Source: Clostridia bacterium (GTDB taxonomy: Bacteria; Bacillota; Clostridia; Oscillospirales; CAG-272). From it: a DNA stretch of 55,187 nucleotides. The position numbers and the translations under genes are program-made. Below, in pieces: positions 7,699 to 18,527 of the stretch. How positions within the stretch are numbered: position 1 is the stretch's first letter; each line of letters starts with the position of its first letter. The notes below the pieces were generated by a model. The model was not told the origin of the DNA. It saw only the letters and a program-made list of their open reading frames with translations, and did no database searches. The stretch covers positions 1 through 55,187 of the forward strand of contig JAFTON010000098.1 in NCBI GenBank assembly GCA_017463765.1. Direction: 5' to 3'.

Positions 7699-10600
7699 TT
7701 AAAACATGGAGAACTGATTTGTCTCGGAAAGATCGTCAAGCACGTGATTACGGCGAAGAAGCTCTATAACCGTTTTGGATATACCCGTATGCTGACGAAG
7801 CTCCTCAACCGAGAAGATGTTATGCTGATCTCTCGCCTCCAAAATTTTCTCGGCAGCAGTATCACCAAGTCCCGGAAGCGAGTTGAAGGGCATTCTGATA
7901 GCACCGTTTTCAGGAAGAAAGGCTGTACCGTCAGACCTCTTAAGATCAACGTTAAGGAATTTAACCCCTCTTGCAAGCGCCTCTCTCACAAGATAAAGTG
8001 TCTGGCAGGTCTGATGCTCCTTCGCAGTAGCATCGTTACCCTTTTTCTCAATCTCATCAATAACCCTGCTTACTTCATCATATCCCTTGCCCACGATCTC
8101 GGCATCAAAGCCACCGGGAGCTACGGTAAGAAAGGCTGCATAAAATTCCATAGGATAGTATATTTTATACCATGCAAGTCGGATAGCAGACATAACGTAT
8201 GCTGCAGCGTGTGCCTTCGGGAACATGTACTTGATCTTCTTACAGGACCAGATATACCAATCCGGCACGTCATGCGCAAGCATATCAGCCTCCCATTCGG
8301 GACGAAGTCCCTTACCCTTTCTTACCGACTCCATTATATCGAAGGAAAGCTTACTCTCCATTCCGTGAGCGATAAGATAAAGCATAATACTGTCACGCGT
8401 ACCTACAACCTCGGAAATGTCGCAGGTGCCGTTTTTAATCAGCTCCTGTGCGTTTCCAAGCCAAACGTCAGTACCGTGAGTAAGACCCGAAATCTGAACA
8501 AGGTCGGCAAAGTTCTTCGGCTTCGCCTCAAGAAGAACCTGCTGTAAAAATCTTGTACCAAACTCGGGAATACCGAAGGTAGCAAGCTGGCTGCCCCCGA
8601 TATCGGCAGGAGTGATACCTAACGGTTTTGTAGATATGAAAAGCTCGTAGACAGTCTTATCATTCATCTTTACGTCAAGTACGCTTGTGTTTGTATATTT
8701 CTCAAGCATCTTATACTTTGTGGGAATATCGTGTCCAAGCTCATCAAGCTTCAGTATGGTATCGTGAAGGTAGGAGAACTGGAAATGGGTCGTTACGGTA
8801 TCAGCCTTCGGATCGTCGGCAGGATGCTGCACGGGTGTAAAATCATAAATATCGTACTCGTTGGGAACAACGATAATACCACCGGGGTGCTGTCCTGTGG
8901 TTTTTTTGATGCCCATAATCCTGGTTGACATATATCCGATCTGTGCCTTTGGAATCTTGATACGCTTATCCTCAAGATATTTCGCAATATATCCCCAGGC
9001 AGTCTTGTCTGCAAGACCGGTAATGGTTCCCGCACGGAAAACGTGGCCGTGACCGAAGAGCTCCTCGGTATACTTATGTACCTTACCCTGCACGTCGCCC
9101 GAGAAGTTAAGGTCGATATCGGGAGATTTATCACCGTAGAAGCCGAGGAAGGTTTCAAAGGGAATATCATGGCCGTCCTGATAGAGCATCTCGCCACAGA
9201 CGGGGCATGCCTTATCGGGCAGATCAAATCCCGAGCCAACCGAGCCGTCGGTAAAGAACTCCGAATAGCGACATTTAGTGCATCTGTAATGCGGTGGAAG
9301 GGGGTTAACCTCGGAAATACCCGACATTGTTGCAACAAAGGATGAACCAACCGAACCACGCGAGCCAACCTGATAACCGAGGCTCTCGGAATATGCAACA
9401 AGCTTTACTGCAATCATATAAAGCACGGCAAAGCCGTTATTAATAATAGAGGTAAGCTCCTTCTCAAGTCGCTTCTCTACTATCTCGGGAAGGTCGTCGC
9501 CATACCAATCATGAGCTCGGTTCCAGCAGGAGTTAACAAGCTCCTCCTTTGCGCCCGGAAGATCGGGCTCATATCTTCCCTCGGGAATAGGACGGATCTT
9601 CTCGCACATATCAGCGATGGCATTAGGTGCGCTGATTACTACGTTATAAGCATCCTCCTCGCCGAGATAGGAGAATTCCTCCAGCATCTCTGAGGTGGTA
9701 CGAAGATAAATAGGCTCGTCCTTATCGGCATCCTTAAACTTCATACCTGCAAGAAGTATGCGACGGTAAATCTCATCCTCTTTATTCAGAAAGTGAGCGT
9801 CACAGGTTGCGCAGACGGGCTTGCCAAGCTTCTTGCCCAAGGCAAGGATATGTCGGTTGATTTCACGAAGCGCCTCATCATCAGCAACCTTACCCTCGTC
9901 AACAAGGAAACGATTGTTACAGAGAGGTTGAATTTCGAGATAATCGTAGAACTCGGCAATCTCCCCAATTTCCTCCTCCTTTTTACCGTCAAGAATAGCG
10001 TTATAAAGCTCACCGGAAACGCAGGCAGAGCCGATAATAAGTCCTTCCCTGTGCTGTTCAAGAACCGTCTTTGGAATTCTCGGCACCTTCTTTTGTCTTC
10101 CGAAGCCACCGTAATAATTAAGGTAGCTGTATGAAATGAGCTTATAAAGATTTTTAAGTCCCTCTGCGTTCTTAGCGAGAATAATCATATGATATGCGCT
10201 GAGCTTAACGGGATCAACCTTTTCACTCATAGCCGAAGCCACGCTATCGAAATCGCGTATTCCCTCTTTGGTGAGTCTGTTAAGCATTTCTATAAAGATC
10301 AGGGCAAGCACCTCGGCGTCATCCGAGGCTCTGTGATGATGAAATTCACCTATATTATAATGCTCAACTATAGTATCGAGCTTATGGTTTTTCAGCTCGG
10401 GGTTTACGTATCTTGAAAGACCGACGGTATCAAGATATGAATTGTCGAAGGGAATTTCCTGTCTTTCGGCAGCAACACGGATAAATCCGATATCAAAGTT
10501 AGCGTTATGCGCGATAAGAAGCCTGTCGCCTGTAAAAGCAAAGAACTGCTCCAGCGCCTCTCGCTCCTTTGGCGCACCCTTAACATCCTCATCGGTAATA

Positions 10601-12120
10601 GAGGTAAGCTTGGTTATTTCTTCGGGGATAGGGCACTCCGGGTCTACGAAAATGTTGAATTTATCGATCACCTTACCACCCTTGATCTTAACTGCACCTA
10701 TCTCAATGATCTTACAGGTACGGTTAGAAAGACCGGTGGTCTCAATATCAAAGCAAACCATTTCATCGTCAAACGCCGGATAGCTTCTTCCGAAAATACA
10801 CTTGGCAGTATCGTTTACAAAATACGCCTCGGTTCCGTAAAGAATCTTAAGATCCGACTTTGACTTTTCAAGAGCAAGCATGACCTCAGGGAAAGCCTGT
10901 ACGTTTCCGTGGTCGGTGACGGCAATCGCCTTATGTCCCCATCTGAGAGCAGTGCTGACAAGCTCCTGGGGAGTGATGATGGCGTCCATCTGAGACATAT
11001 TTGTATGCAGATGAAGCTCTACACGCTTTTCGGCTGCGTCATCGGTACGGAGAATAATTGAAATTTTCTTTATTGATATAGGCGCGAGGAAGGGCTCGTT
11101 ATCAAATTTATCGCTCTGAATACGACCGAGTACAGCAACGTGGGTGCCTGACTTAAGCGATTTCACCCAATCAAGCTCCTCATTCGGCAAGGTTTTCTTT
11201 ATATAAATAGCCGATGCACCGTCGGAAATACCGATAGTACAGTTAGTCTTATCCCCTGCACGGCTCTCCTTCATTCCAACATCGAATACCGTTCCGAGAA
11301 AAACAGCGCGTCCCTTCGACTTAGCTGCATCGGAAAGCGGCGTGGGTGATGCTACCGTAAAATCCTCGCCAAAGATCATATCGGAGGATGAAAAATCATA
11401 TGTAGTGGCACCCATTCTGTATACGGTATCACCGATTATCTCGGCAGTTCCGGTAGCAGAGGAAATACCCGAGCGAGCCTCGAAGTTATAGGTAGGATCC
11501 TGCGCTCGCATCTGCTCCTCATGCTCCCTTGCAAGCTTCGCACGCTCTGCCATAAAATGCTCACGGCTCTGTCTTTCTGCATCGGCAAGCATGATCTCAC
11601 GCTTCTTTTCCCATTCCCTACTGCGATCCTCTGCGCCTGCGCCACAAACGACCGAAACGGTACGGCTGACACCGTATCTGCTTAAAAGTATGTTCGAAAG
11701 AATTGCCTCGGTATCTGCGCATCTGACAAAATCAACCCCTGCAGCACAGAAAGGAATTGAGACGGTTACGGTTTCACCGTTATCAACGTAGGTTGCGCCA
11801 CTGAAAAAGCCGTTTGTAACTGCGCCACACAACGCTGCCTCAAGAACAATCTCATCAAAATAACGAATCTCAAAGCACTCGGGTGGGAAATGTGGCAAGA
11901 TTTTAAATGACTGGGCAGAATAAAGCTCCTTACATTCATCTTCTATTTCATAAATAAGCTCTGCATCCTCATGTGAATCAAAGCTAATATCTATCTCGAC
12001 ACGGATTGGATCCTTCGCATAGCGAAAGCGCGCCGAATGCCCCCGTTCAAGAAGTCTGCGCTTCTCCTCCGAGGGCTTATATTTTGCAAATATATCAAAA
12101 AACTTTTTTTCTTCCGACAT
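7699..12120 (-). CDS. polC: DNA polymerase III PolC-type alpha subunit
   Basis: PHP motif ELHLHTNMS, inserted exonuclease FDIETTG...HNANFD...HRA, GSRGSVGSS, PDIDLNFS, YMFPKAHAAAY. Confidence 0.97.
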   Translation of the reverse strand: MSEEKKFFDIFAKYKPSEEKRRLLERGHSARFRYAKDPIRVEIDISFDSHEDAELIYEIEDECKELYSAQSFKILPHFPPECFEIRYFDEIVLEAALCGAVTNGFFSGATYVDNGETVTVSIPFCAAGVDFVRCADTEAILSNILLSRYGVSRTVSVVCGAGAEDRSREWEKKREIMLADAERQSREHFMAERAKLAREHEEQMRAQDPTYNFEARSGISSATGTAEIIGDTVYRMGATTYDFSSSDMIFGEDFTVASPTPLSDAAKSKGRAVFLGTVFDVGMKESRAGDKTNCTIGISDGASAIYIKKTLPNEELDWVKSLKSGTHVAVLGRIQSDKFDNEPFLAPISIKKISIILRTDDAAEKRVELHLHTNMSQMDAIITPQELVSTALRWGHKAIAVTDHGNVQAFPEVMLALEKSKSDLKILYGTEAYFVNDTAKCIFGRSYPAFDDEMVCFDIETTGLSNRTCKIIEIGAVKIKGGKVIDKFNIFVDPECPIPEEITKLTSITDEDVKGAPKEREALEQFFAFTGDRLLIAHNANFDIGFIRVAAERQEIPFDNSYLDTVGLSRYVNPELKNHKLDTIVEHYNIGEFHHHRASDDAEVLALIFIEMLNRLTKEGIRDFDSVASAMSEKVDPVKLSAYHMIILAKNAEGLKNLYKLISYSYLNYYGGFGRQKKVPRIPKTVLEQHREGLIIGSACVSGELYNAILDGKKEEEIGEIAEFYDYLEIQPLCNNRFLVDEGKVADDEALREINRHILALGKKLGKPVCATCDAHFLNKEDEIYRRILLAGMKFKDADKDEPIYLRTTSEMLEEFSYLGEEDAYNVVISAPNAIADMCEKIRPIPEGRYEPDLPGAKEELVNSCWNRAHDWYGDDLPEIVEKRLEKELTSIINNGFAVLYMIAVKLVAYSESLGYQVGSRGSVGSSFVATMSGISEVNPLPPHYRCTKCRYSEFFTDGSVGSGFDLPDKACPVCGEMLYQDGHDIPFETFLGFYGDKSPDIDLNFSGDVQGKVHKYTEELFGHGHVFRAGTITGLADKTAWGYIAKYLEDKRIKIPKAQIGYMSTRIMGIKKTTGQHPGGIIVVPNEYDIYDFTPVQHPADDPKADTVTTHFQFSYLHDTILKLDELGHDIPTKYKMLEKYTNTSVLDVKMNDKTVYELFISTKPLGITPADIGGSQLATFGIPEFGTRFLQQVLLEAKPKNFADLVQISGLTHGTDVWLGNAQELIKNGTCDISEVVGTRDSIMLYLIAHGMESKLSFDIMESVRKGKGLRPEWEADMLAHDVPDWYIWSCKKIKYMFPKAHAAAYVMSAIRLAWYKIYYPMEFYAAFLTVAPGGFDAEIVGKGYDEVSRVIDEIEKKGNDATAKEHQTCQTLYLVREALARGVKFLNVDLKRSDGTAFLPENGAIRMPFNSLPGLGDTAAEKILEARDQHNIFSVEELRQHTGISKTVIELLRRNHVLDDLSETNQFSMF

Positions 12121-12186
12121 TTCAGATTCCTTTGTTTGTAATAATCAGAGTAAAAAGTCGGGTGAACCTTGCGTCTCCCGACAAAT

Positions 12187-13266
12187 TTACTGCATAGTCT
12201 TTATCTCATCTATAAGCTCATCAATAAGGCTGTCTTCTTTAATCCTTCTGATAACAACGCCCTTCTTGAACAGAAGTGCCTCACCGTCGCCACCGGCAAT
12301 ACCGATATCAGCCTCTCTTGCCTCACCGGGTCCATTGACGGCACAGCCCATAAGAGCTACCTTAATACTCTTTTTGTCAAGTCCTTCTGCCATGATCCTT
12401 TTTTCAAAATCCGAAAGCAAAGAGATCAGATCGATTTTTGTGCGTCCACACGTGGGACAGGAAACGATGTCCATCCCTCGCCTTTCAGACAGGGAAAGCG
12501 AATCAAGAATCGCTCTTGCAGCATATATCTCCTCCACCGGATCATCTGTGATTGACACGCGAAGAGTATCTCCGATTCCCTCTGCCAGAAGCGTACCGAT
12601 GCCAACACTGCTCTTTATCAGCGCACGGTTTCCTGCGCCTGCCTCGGTAACACCGAGATGCAACGGATAATCAGTACGGTCGGCAAGAATACGGTTTGCG
12701 CGTATCATAGTCTGAACGTCCGATGACTTAACGGAAATAGCGATATCCGAAAAATCAAGCTCGCGAAGAAGATCTGCATGGTAAAGTGCCGACTCTGCAA
12801 GTGCCTCTGCCGTAGGGGAGCCGTATTTCTTTAAAATATGAGCCTCAAGCGATCCGGAATTAACACCTATTCTTATCGGTATGGAATACTCACGGCAGGC
12901 AAGAACAACCTCGCGTATTTTATCCTTGCTACCAATATTACCCGGATTGATGCGTATTTTATCCACACCAGCTTTAGCTGCTGCTACGGCAATTTTATAA
13001 TCAAAATGAATATCTGCAACAAGAGGAACACCAACCTCACGACGCTTAAGCTCACGGAAGGTGTCGACAGATTCAAGGTCGGGCGCAGTGATACGAACTA
13101 TATCACAGCCCACCTCGCGAAGTCTTACCGTTTGATCATAGGTAGCCTCAATATCGTGGGTATCGGTATTTGTCATGGACTGAACAGAGATAGGGCTGTC
13201 GCCACCAATGCTGACCGAACCAGCCCTTATTACCCTGCTCTGCCTTCTGTAATCGTTGTAATTCAA
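12187..13266 (-). CDS. ispG: HMBPP synthase (GcpE)
   Basis: VQSMTNT, ADIHFD, RINPGN, RIGVNSGSL, SCPTCGR, MGCAVNGPGEA. Confidence 0.96.
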   Translation of the reverse strand: MNYNDYRRQSRVIRAGSVSIGGDSPISVQSMTNTDTHDIEATYDQTVRLREVGCDIVRITAPDLESVDTFRELKRREVGVPLVADIHFDYKIAVAAAKAGVDKIRINPGNIGSKDKIREVVLACREYSIPIRIGVNSGSLEAHILKKYGSPTAEALAESALYHADLLRELDFSDIAISVKSSDVQTMIRANRILADRTDYPLHLGVTEAGAGNRALIKSSVGIGTLLAEGIGDTLRVSITDDPVEEIYAARAILDSLSLSERRGMDIVSCPTCGRTKIDLISLLSDFEKRIMAEGLDKKSIKVALMGCAVNGPGEAREADIGIAGGDGEALLFKKGVVIRRIKEDSLIDELIDEIKTMQ

Positions 13267-13279
13267 GGTATAATCTCCG

Positions 13280-14320
13280 TTAATTAAATAATCCGATAAC
13301 GTCCTTTATCATTATGATAGCCGAGAGTCCAAGCAGAATAGCAAGGCTTACGGCATTGATGGTTGCCTCCACATTCTGAGGCAGCTTTTTTCTTGCAACC
13401 ATCTCAACGAGAAGCAGCACTGTTCTGCCACCGTCAAGCGCAGGAATGGGAAGCAGGTTCATTACACCCAGGTTAATGCTGATAAGTGCAACGATACTGA
13501 GGAGAGGCCCGGGTCCCTGATTTGCAGCCTCGCCAATAACCTCACCGATTCCGACAGGACCTGAAACTGCAGCCACGGTGTATCTGCCTGTGATAAGATC
13601 AATTATTGACTCGCCACACATTCTTACGATAAGGGCAGATTTTGAAATTGAGTATCCCAGCACCTTACCAACCGTCTTATCCACAGCATAAACCTGGAAA
13701 TCCATCATACCGAACACCTGTCCCTGCTGAGAATCTGTGGGAAATACTACGTCGGGCAAAACCAATTCCTTACCGTCACGGATAACGGTTACGTCAACGG
13801 GCTCATGTCCTTTGCGCATAATCTCATAGGAAAGCTGATCAAGATACTTCACTCTCTTACCGTCTACCTTGATAATCTCGTCACCGAGCATAAGACCCGA
13901 ATCCTGAGTAGATACCTCGTAATCAAGCTCCGGGAAGCCTGCAACGGTGGTATTACCGATATCCGAAATAGATGCAAGAATAATAATAGCTATTACTCCG
14001 GCGATAATGTTTACTGAAGCGCCTGCAACGGTAACGATAAGCCGCTGCCAAGCAGGCTTTTTGTTAAATGCGTTCGGATCATCGCTCTCGCTATCCTCGC
14101 CTACCATAGCTACGTAGCCACCGAATGGAATGGCAGAAAGGCAATAGCGTATGCCTGTTTTCTTGGAGTCATACCAAACGAGCTTTGGGCCCATTCCGAT
14201 AGAAAACTCAGTAATGGTCACGTGAAATATTCTGGCAAAAATATAGTGACCGAACTCGTGAATGAAAATCAGAAAACTGAAAACTAATATTGCGATAATA
14301 ATTGTTTGTATAAGATTCAA
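13280..14320 (-). CDS. rseP: site-2 intramembrane metalloprotease RseP/RasP
   Basis: HEFGH, PDZ-like region, NLLPIPALDGG; conserved dxr-rseP-ispG order. Confidence 0.92.
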   Translation of the reverse strand: MNLIQTIIIAILVFSFLIFIHEFGHYIFARIFHVTITEFSIGMGPKLVWYDSKKTGIRYCLSAIPFGGYVAMVGEDSESDDPNAFNKKPAWQRLIVTVAGASVNIIAGVIAIIILASISDIGNTTVAGFPELDYEVSTQDSGLMLGDEIIKVDGKRVKYLDQLSYEIMRKGHEPVDVTVIRDGKELVLPDVVFPTDSQQGQVFGMMDFQVYAVDKTVGKVLGYSISKSALIVRMCGESIIDLITGRYTVAAVSGPVGIGEVIGEAANQGPGPLLSIVALISINLGVMNLLPIPALDGGRTVLLLVEMVARKKLPQNVEATINAVSLAILLGLSAIIMIKDVIGLFN

Positions 14321-14342
14321 TTACGTTTCTCCTAATTTAATT

Positions 14343-15491
14343 TTATTTTATATAGCTCAAGGCTATTTTTCTCGCCTCTTTATCTAAGGCAAGAATATCC
14401 TCAAGAGTGGTAGCAAATCTTGCGCCACCCATCATTTCATAGGTACCGATAACAACCTTTGGAATATCGGCAAATCTGATTTTTTCATTGAGGAAGGCGT
14501 CAACTGCCACCTCGTCTGCTGCATTCAGAACTGCAGGACAGGCACCACCTGCAAAGAAGGCACGCTTAGCCATATCAAGCAGTGGGAAAGCTGCCGTATC
14601 CGGCTTTGCAAAGGTCATTCTGCCAAGAGAAAAAAGATCAAGTGGCTCTGAGGCGCTCTCGCATCTGTCGGGATAGTCGACGGCGTACTGAACGCACATA
14701 CGCATATCGGGCAGAGAAAACTCTCCAATCATACTATTGTCAACATATTCCACGGCAGAATGAAGAATACTCTCGCGATGGATAATCACGTCAATCTTAT
14801 CCGGGCTGACCGAGAAGAGATGAGCTGCCTCAATAATCTCAAAGCCCTTATTCATAAGTGTGGCAGAATCCACGGTTATCTTCTTTCCCATTTTCCAGGT
14901 GGGGTGTGCAAGGGTCTCTCGAAGCGTGAGTCCCTCAAGCTCTGCCCTGCTCATACCGTAAAACGGGCCACCTGAGGCAGTGAGAATAAGCCGTTTGATC
15001 TCAGATGGTTTACCTGCTCTGAGCGACTGAAAAATAGCCGAATGCTCACTGTCAACGGGTATTATCTGCGCGCCAAGCTTTTCTGCAAGGCTCATAACCT
15101 GACGTCCTGCAACAACAAGCGACTCCTTGTTTGCAAGAGCAAGCCTTTTTCCCGACTCAATAGTAGCTATAGTAGGATAAAGTCCTGCACTGCCGAGAAT
15201 TGCGTTAACAACCGTTTCTGCCCTGCTCTCACGTATACCGTCGCAAATACCGTTAGTTGCTGCAAGCACCTTAACCTGGGTATCGCGAAGTCTGAACTTA
15301 AGCTCATTTGCTGCACGAATATCTGCCATAGCTACAGCCATAGGACGAAACTCTCTTGCAATACGCTCTGCAAGAGCCGAATTCCTGCCTGCGCTTATGA
15401 AATCTATTTTATATCCTCTGGCTCTGGCAACGTCAAGCGCCTGACTTCCGACCGAGCCTGTTGCACCGAGGACTGCGATAGTCTTACTCAT
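14343..15491 (-). CDS. dxr: 1-deoxy-D-xylulose-5-phosphate reductoisomerase
   Basis: LGATGSVG, LANKESLV, PVDSEHSAIFQ, HPTWKMGKKITVDSATLMNKG. Confidence 0.96.
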   Translation of the reverse strand: MSKTIAVLGATGSVGSQALDVARARGYKIDFISAGRNSALAERIAREFRPMAVAMADIRAANELKFRLRDTQVKVLAATNGICDGIRESRAETVVNAILGSAGLYPTIATIESGKRLALANKESLVVAGRQVMSLAEKLGAQIIPVDSEHSAIFQSLRAGKPSEIKRLILTASGGPFYGMSRAELEGLTLRETLAHPTWKMGKKITVDSATLMNKGFEIIEAAHLFSVSPDKIDVIIHRESILHSAVEYVDNSMIGEFSLPDMRMCVQYAVDYPDRCESASEPLDLFSLGRMTFAKPDTAAFPLLDMAKRAFFAGGACPAVLNAADEVAVDAFLNEKIRFADIPKVVIGTYEMMGGARFATTLEDILALDKEARKIALSYIK

Positions 15492-15512
15492 ATAAATAAT
15501 ATCTCCGGGGAT

Positions 15513-15536
15513 AAAAGCCGCCCGTAAAAGGGCGGC
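15513..15536 (-). terminator. GC-rich hairpin / terminator between cdsA and dxr
   Basis: GCCGCCC-6 nt-GGGCGGC followed by TTTT on the minus strand. Confidence 0.55.
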
Positions 15537-15558
15537 ATTCTTAAGTTAGTAGCAAAAA

Positions 15559-16404
15559 TCATTTAGCTACGAACGGGGGTAATACAATTGAAAGTATCAA
15601 AAGAATTGTTGAAACGGCAAGAACCGAATCAAATCTGTCCATTATGCCACCGTGACCGGGAAAAATGCTGCCGTAATCCTTAATGCCGTACTCACGCTTG
15701 ATAAGCGATGCTACAAGATCACCAAGCTGGGACACAACCGAAAGGACTAAGCCAAAAATGAACAGATAAAGATAGTTGGGCTGTACCTGCTTAAAGAGAA
15801 GCTGGATAACGAGTCCGTATACCAGACAAAGCAGGGCTGAAAAAACAACGCCACCGATTGCACCCTCAACAGTCTTCTTAGGACTGACCTCGGGAATAAG
15901 CTTATGCTTACCCATAAGAGAACCGACCGCAAAAGCAGATACGTCACAAACCCAACAGATAACAAAGACGAGAACAACGCAGAAAACTCCCACTGTCTTG
16001 TCAATATATCTGAGAAGCGACATAGATGTAAAGGATACCACGACGTATAATGCAGAGGCAAAAACCTCAGCAATTGTGGAAAAAGGAATACTTCCCTTAG
16101 AGAAAATACTTACTCCCATAAGCCACATCAGATAGACGTAGACGATGGCTGCCAATATAAGAAGGAAGGTGATTACGCCTTCTGACTTAACAAAATATGC
16201 TGAAATCGGAAAAGCTATCGCAAGAATGTACGCCGGAACAGCCAACAACAGCTTTTTGTGAACACCGATTACCCTGAGTATCTCGAACACTGCAATAACG
16301 GCAAGAAGAGCTAACGCTATAGGAAAAACGATATACTCTGAACAAATCACCAACAGCAGCGCACACGCAACGATAGCTACTGAGGTTAAAACTCTACTTT
16401 TCAT
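15559..16404 (-). CDS. cdsA: phosphatidate cytidylyltransferase
   Basis: SPKKTVEG, GDLVASLIKREYGIKDYGSIFPGHGGIMDRFDS. Confidence 0.95.
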   Translation of the reverse strand: MKSRVLTSVAIVACALLLVICSEYIVFPIALALLAVIAVFEILRVIGVHKKLLLAVPAYILAIAFPISAYFVKSEGVITFLLILAAIVYVYLMWLMGVSIFSKGSIPFSTIAEVFASALYVVVSFTSMSLLRYIDKTVGVFCVVLVFVICWVCDVSAFAVGSLMGKHKLIPEVSPKKTVEGAIGGVVFSALLCLVYGLVIQLLFKQVQPNYLYLFIFGLVLSVVSQLGDLVASLIKREYGIKDYGSIFPGHGGIMDRFDSVLAVSTILLILSIVLPPFVAK

Positions 16405-16416
16405 TTTATTTTAAAA

Positions 16417-17157
16417 CTATGCCTCACTTTCTGACCCGTCAACATCAAGACCACCGAATCTGCGATTTCTGGAATAAAACTCCTCCATACATTTTTCGAC
16501 GTCCTCCTTACCAAAATCGGGCCAAAGGGTATCAAGAATAATAATCTCCGAATAGGCACACTGCCAGAGGAGGAAATTGGAAATACGGAAATCGCCACCC
16601 GTTCTGATAATAATATCCGGGTCGGGAGATCCACCGGTATACATGTATATTGATAAAAGCTCCTCGCTGACTATGGTATTACCGTCGGCAATCGCACGGT
16701 TAACGGCATTCACGATCTCTGCGCGTCCACCGTAATTAAGTGCAATATTGCAAAAGTAGGACCCACTCTCCCTGAACTTTTCTGCCTCAATACATTTCTG
16801 CCTCAGCTCTTCGGAAAGAGCAGATTTATCTCCAATAAACCTGACGCACAGCTCCTCATCCTTCTTTAAGGCAGGAATAACAGCGTCATCAATATACTGA
16901 TAGATCAGATCCATCAGTGCCTCTACCTCATCCTTCGGCCTCTTCCAATTTTCAGTAGAAAAGGCATAAAGGGTCAGGTGATGCACACCGTATTCACGGA
17001 ACAGACGAGGCACGGCAGCAGCAGCCTTAGCCCCTGCGATATGCCCATCGGTGCGAGGGAGACCCCTTTTCGTAGCCCACCTGCCGTTGCCATCCATAAT
17101 TATGGCTACCGAATCAACTCTTTTTCCATTTCCGTGAGGATTATTATTAATACCCAA
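16417..17157 (-). CDS. uppS: undecaprenyl diphosphate synthase
   Basis: IIMDGNGRWA, AFSTENWKRP, NYGGR, RTGG, RISNFLLWQ. Confidence 0.95.
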   Translation of the reverse strand: MGINNNPHGNGKRVDSVAIIMDGNGRWATKRGLPRTDGHIAGAKAAAAVPRLFREYGVHHLTLYAFSTENWKRPKDEVEALMDLIYQYIDDAVIPALKKDEELCVRFIGDKSALSEELRQKCIEAEKFRESGSYFCNIALNYGGRAEIVNAVNRAIADGNTIVSEELLSIYMYTGGSPDPDIIIRTGGDFRISNFLLWQCAYSEIIILDTLWPDFGKEDVEKCMEEFYSRNRRFGGLDVDGSESEA

Positions 17158-17180
17158 TGAGTAAACCTCTTTCGTGAGAC

Positions 17181-17735
17181 TTATATCTCCATTATTTCCT
17201 TAGTCTTTGCTGCTGTGATAGAATCGATCTCCTTGATATACTTATCGGTAAGATCCTGAACAAGCTTATCAGACTGCTTTGCCTCATCCTCTGTCATTAC
17301 AGAATTCTTCTTATCTGCCTTGATCTTATCGTTAGCATCACGGCGAATGTTACGGATAGCAACCTTAGCATCCTCGCCCATCTTGGAGATCTGCTTGGAA
17401 AGATCCTTTCTGCGCTCCTCGGTCATAGGGGGGAAGGAAAGACGAATGCAGGAGCCGTCGTTCTGAGGATTAATACCCAGGTCGGATGTGAGAATTGCCT
17501 TCTCAATTCCCTTCATAATAGACTTATCCCATGCAGTGATGGTAAGAGTACGCGCATCGGTAACCTTGACCTCTGCGATGGAAGAAATAAGCGTAGGAGA
17601 ACCGTAATAGTCAACGGTAATCTTCTTAAGAACGTCAGGATTTGCTCTACCTGCTCTGATTGTAGAAAGATTCTCCGAATAAGAGGAGATGGTCTTCTTC
17701 ATTTTTTCTTCGTAAATTTTAGTGTCAAGCTTCAT
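17181..17735 (-). CDS. frr: ribosome recycling factor
   Basis: IRAGRANP, PPMTEERRK, IRNIRRDAND; ATG 17735 preferred because AAGGTG acts as RBS. Confidence 0.95.
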   Translation of the reverse strand: MKLDTKIYEEKMKKTISSYSENLSTIRAGRANPDVLKKITVDYYGSPTLISSIAEVKVTDARTLTITAWDKSIMKGIEKAILTSDLGINPQNDGSCIRLSFPPMTEERRKDLSKQISKMGEDAKVAIRNIRRDANDKIKADKKNSVMTEDEAKQSDKLVQDLTDKYIKEIDSITAAKTKEIMEI

Positions 17736-17786
17736 ATCAAGTTTCACCTTTCAGTTAATTATATTTTATTAAAATTATCTACAAAA

Positions 17787-18500
17787 TTATTCTGCAATTA
17801 TTACAGTTCCGTATTTTCCGTCGATCAGTGCGCTCTCAATATCCTCCGGAGAGTTAAGACCGAAGAGTCTGACCGTCATTCCGGTAGACAAACAGAAAGC
17901 AGTTGCTGTGGAGTCGAGTGCCTGAAGATTCTTCGCAAGAACCTCCGACGCCTTTATCTCCTTAATAGGCTTTGCATCAGGATTCTTTCTTGGGTCATCG
18001 TCATATATGTAATCCACGCTCTTCGCCATAAGCAATGCATCGGCACCGATCTCAGCAGCCCTTACGGCGCCGGTGGTATCGGTGGAAAGGAAAGGAATTC
18101 CAAGTCCAGAGCCGAATACAACTATTTTTCCCTGCTCAAGAGCAGCCTTAGCAGCCTGAGCAGAATAAACCTCTGCGAAGGGGTACATAGGAACGGCTGT
18201 CATAACTACAGCCTCAATACCTGCGCGAACAAGTGCATCCTTAAGGCAGATAGCATTCATAACGGTAGCAAGCATCCCCATACGGTCGGCATCTGTGCGA
18301 TCCATATCTCCACCTGCCCTGCCACGCCAGATATTACCTGCTCCAACAACAAGTGCAATCTGATGTCCGTTTTCAGCACACTTCTTCACCGAAGCTGCCA
18401 CACGGTCAACGAAGGTGGGGTCGTATATTTCAAGAACCTTACCCTTTTCATCCTTTACTGCCAGTGCCTCGCCCGACAGCTTAAGTACAACACGATTCAT
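17787..18500 (-). CDS. pyrH: UMP kinase
   Basis: LKLSGEAL, GAGNIWRG, ADRMGMLATVMN, STDT, DDPRKNPDA. Confidence 0.94.
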   Translation of the reverse strand: MNRVVLKLSGEALAVKDEKGKVLEIYDPTFVDRVAASVKKCAENGHQIALVVGAGNIWRGRAGGDMDRTDADRMGMLATVMNAICLKDALVRAGIEAVVMTAVPMYPFAEVYSAQAAKAALEQGKIVVFGSGLGIPFLSTDTTGAVRAAEIGADALLMAKSVDYIYDDDPRKNPDAKPIKEIKASEVLAKNLQALDSTATAFCLSTGMTVRLFGLNSPEDIESALIDGKYGTVIIAE

Positions 18501-18527
18501 TTTAACTGTCCTCTCTTTTCTGTCTTA

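Noticed and set aside
17736-17747. MKLD-MKLD duplication at the Frr N-terminus
   Set aside because: The upstream GTG is part of the RBS; starting at ATG 17735 removes the apparent duplication.
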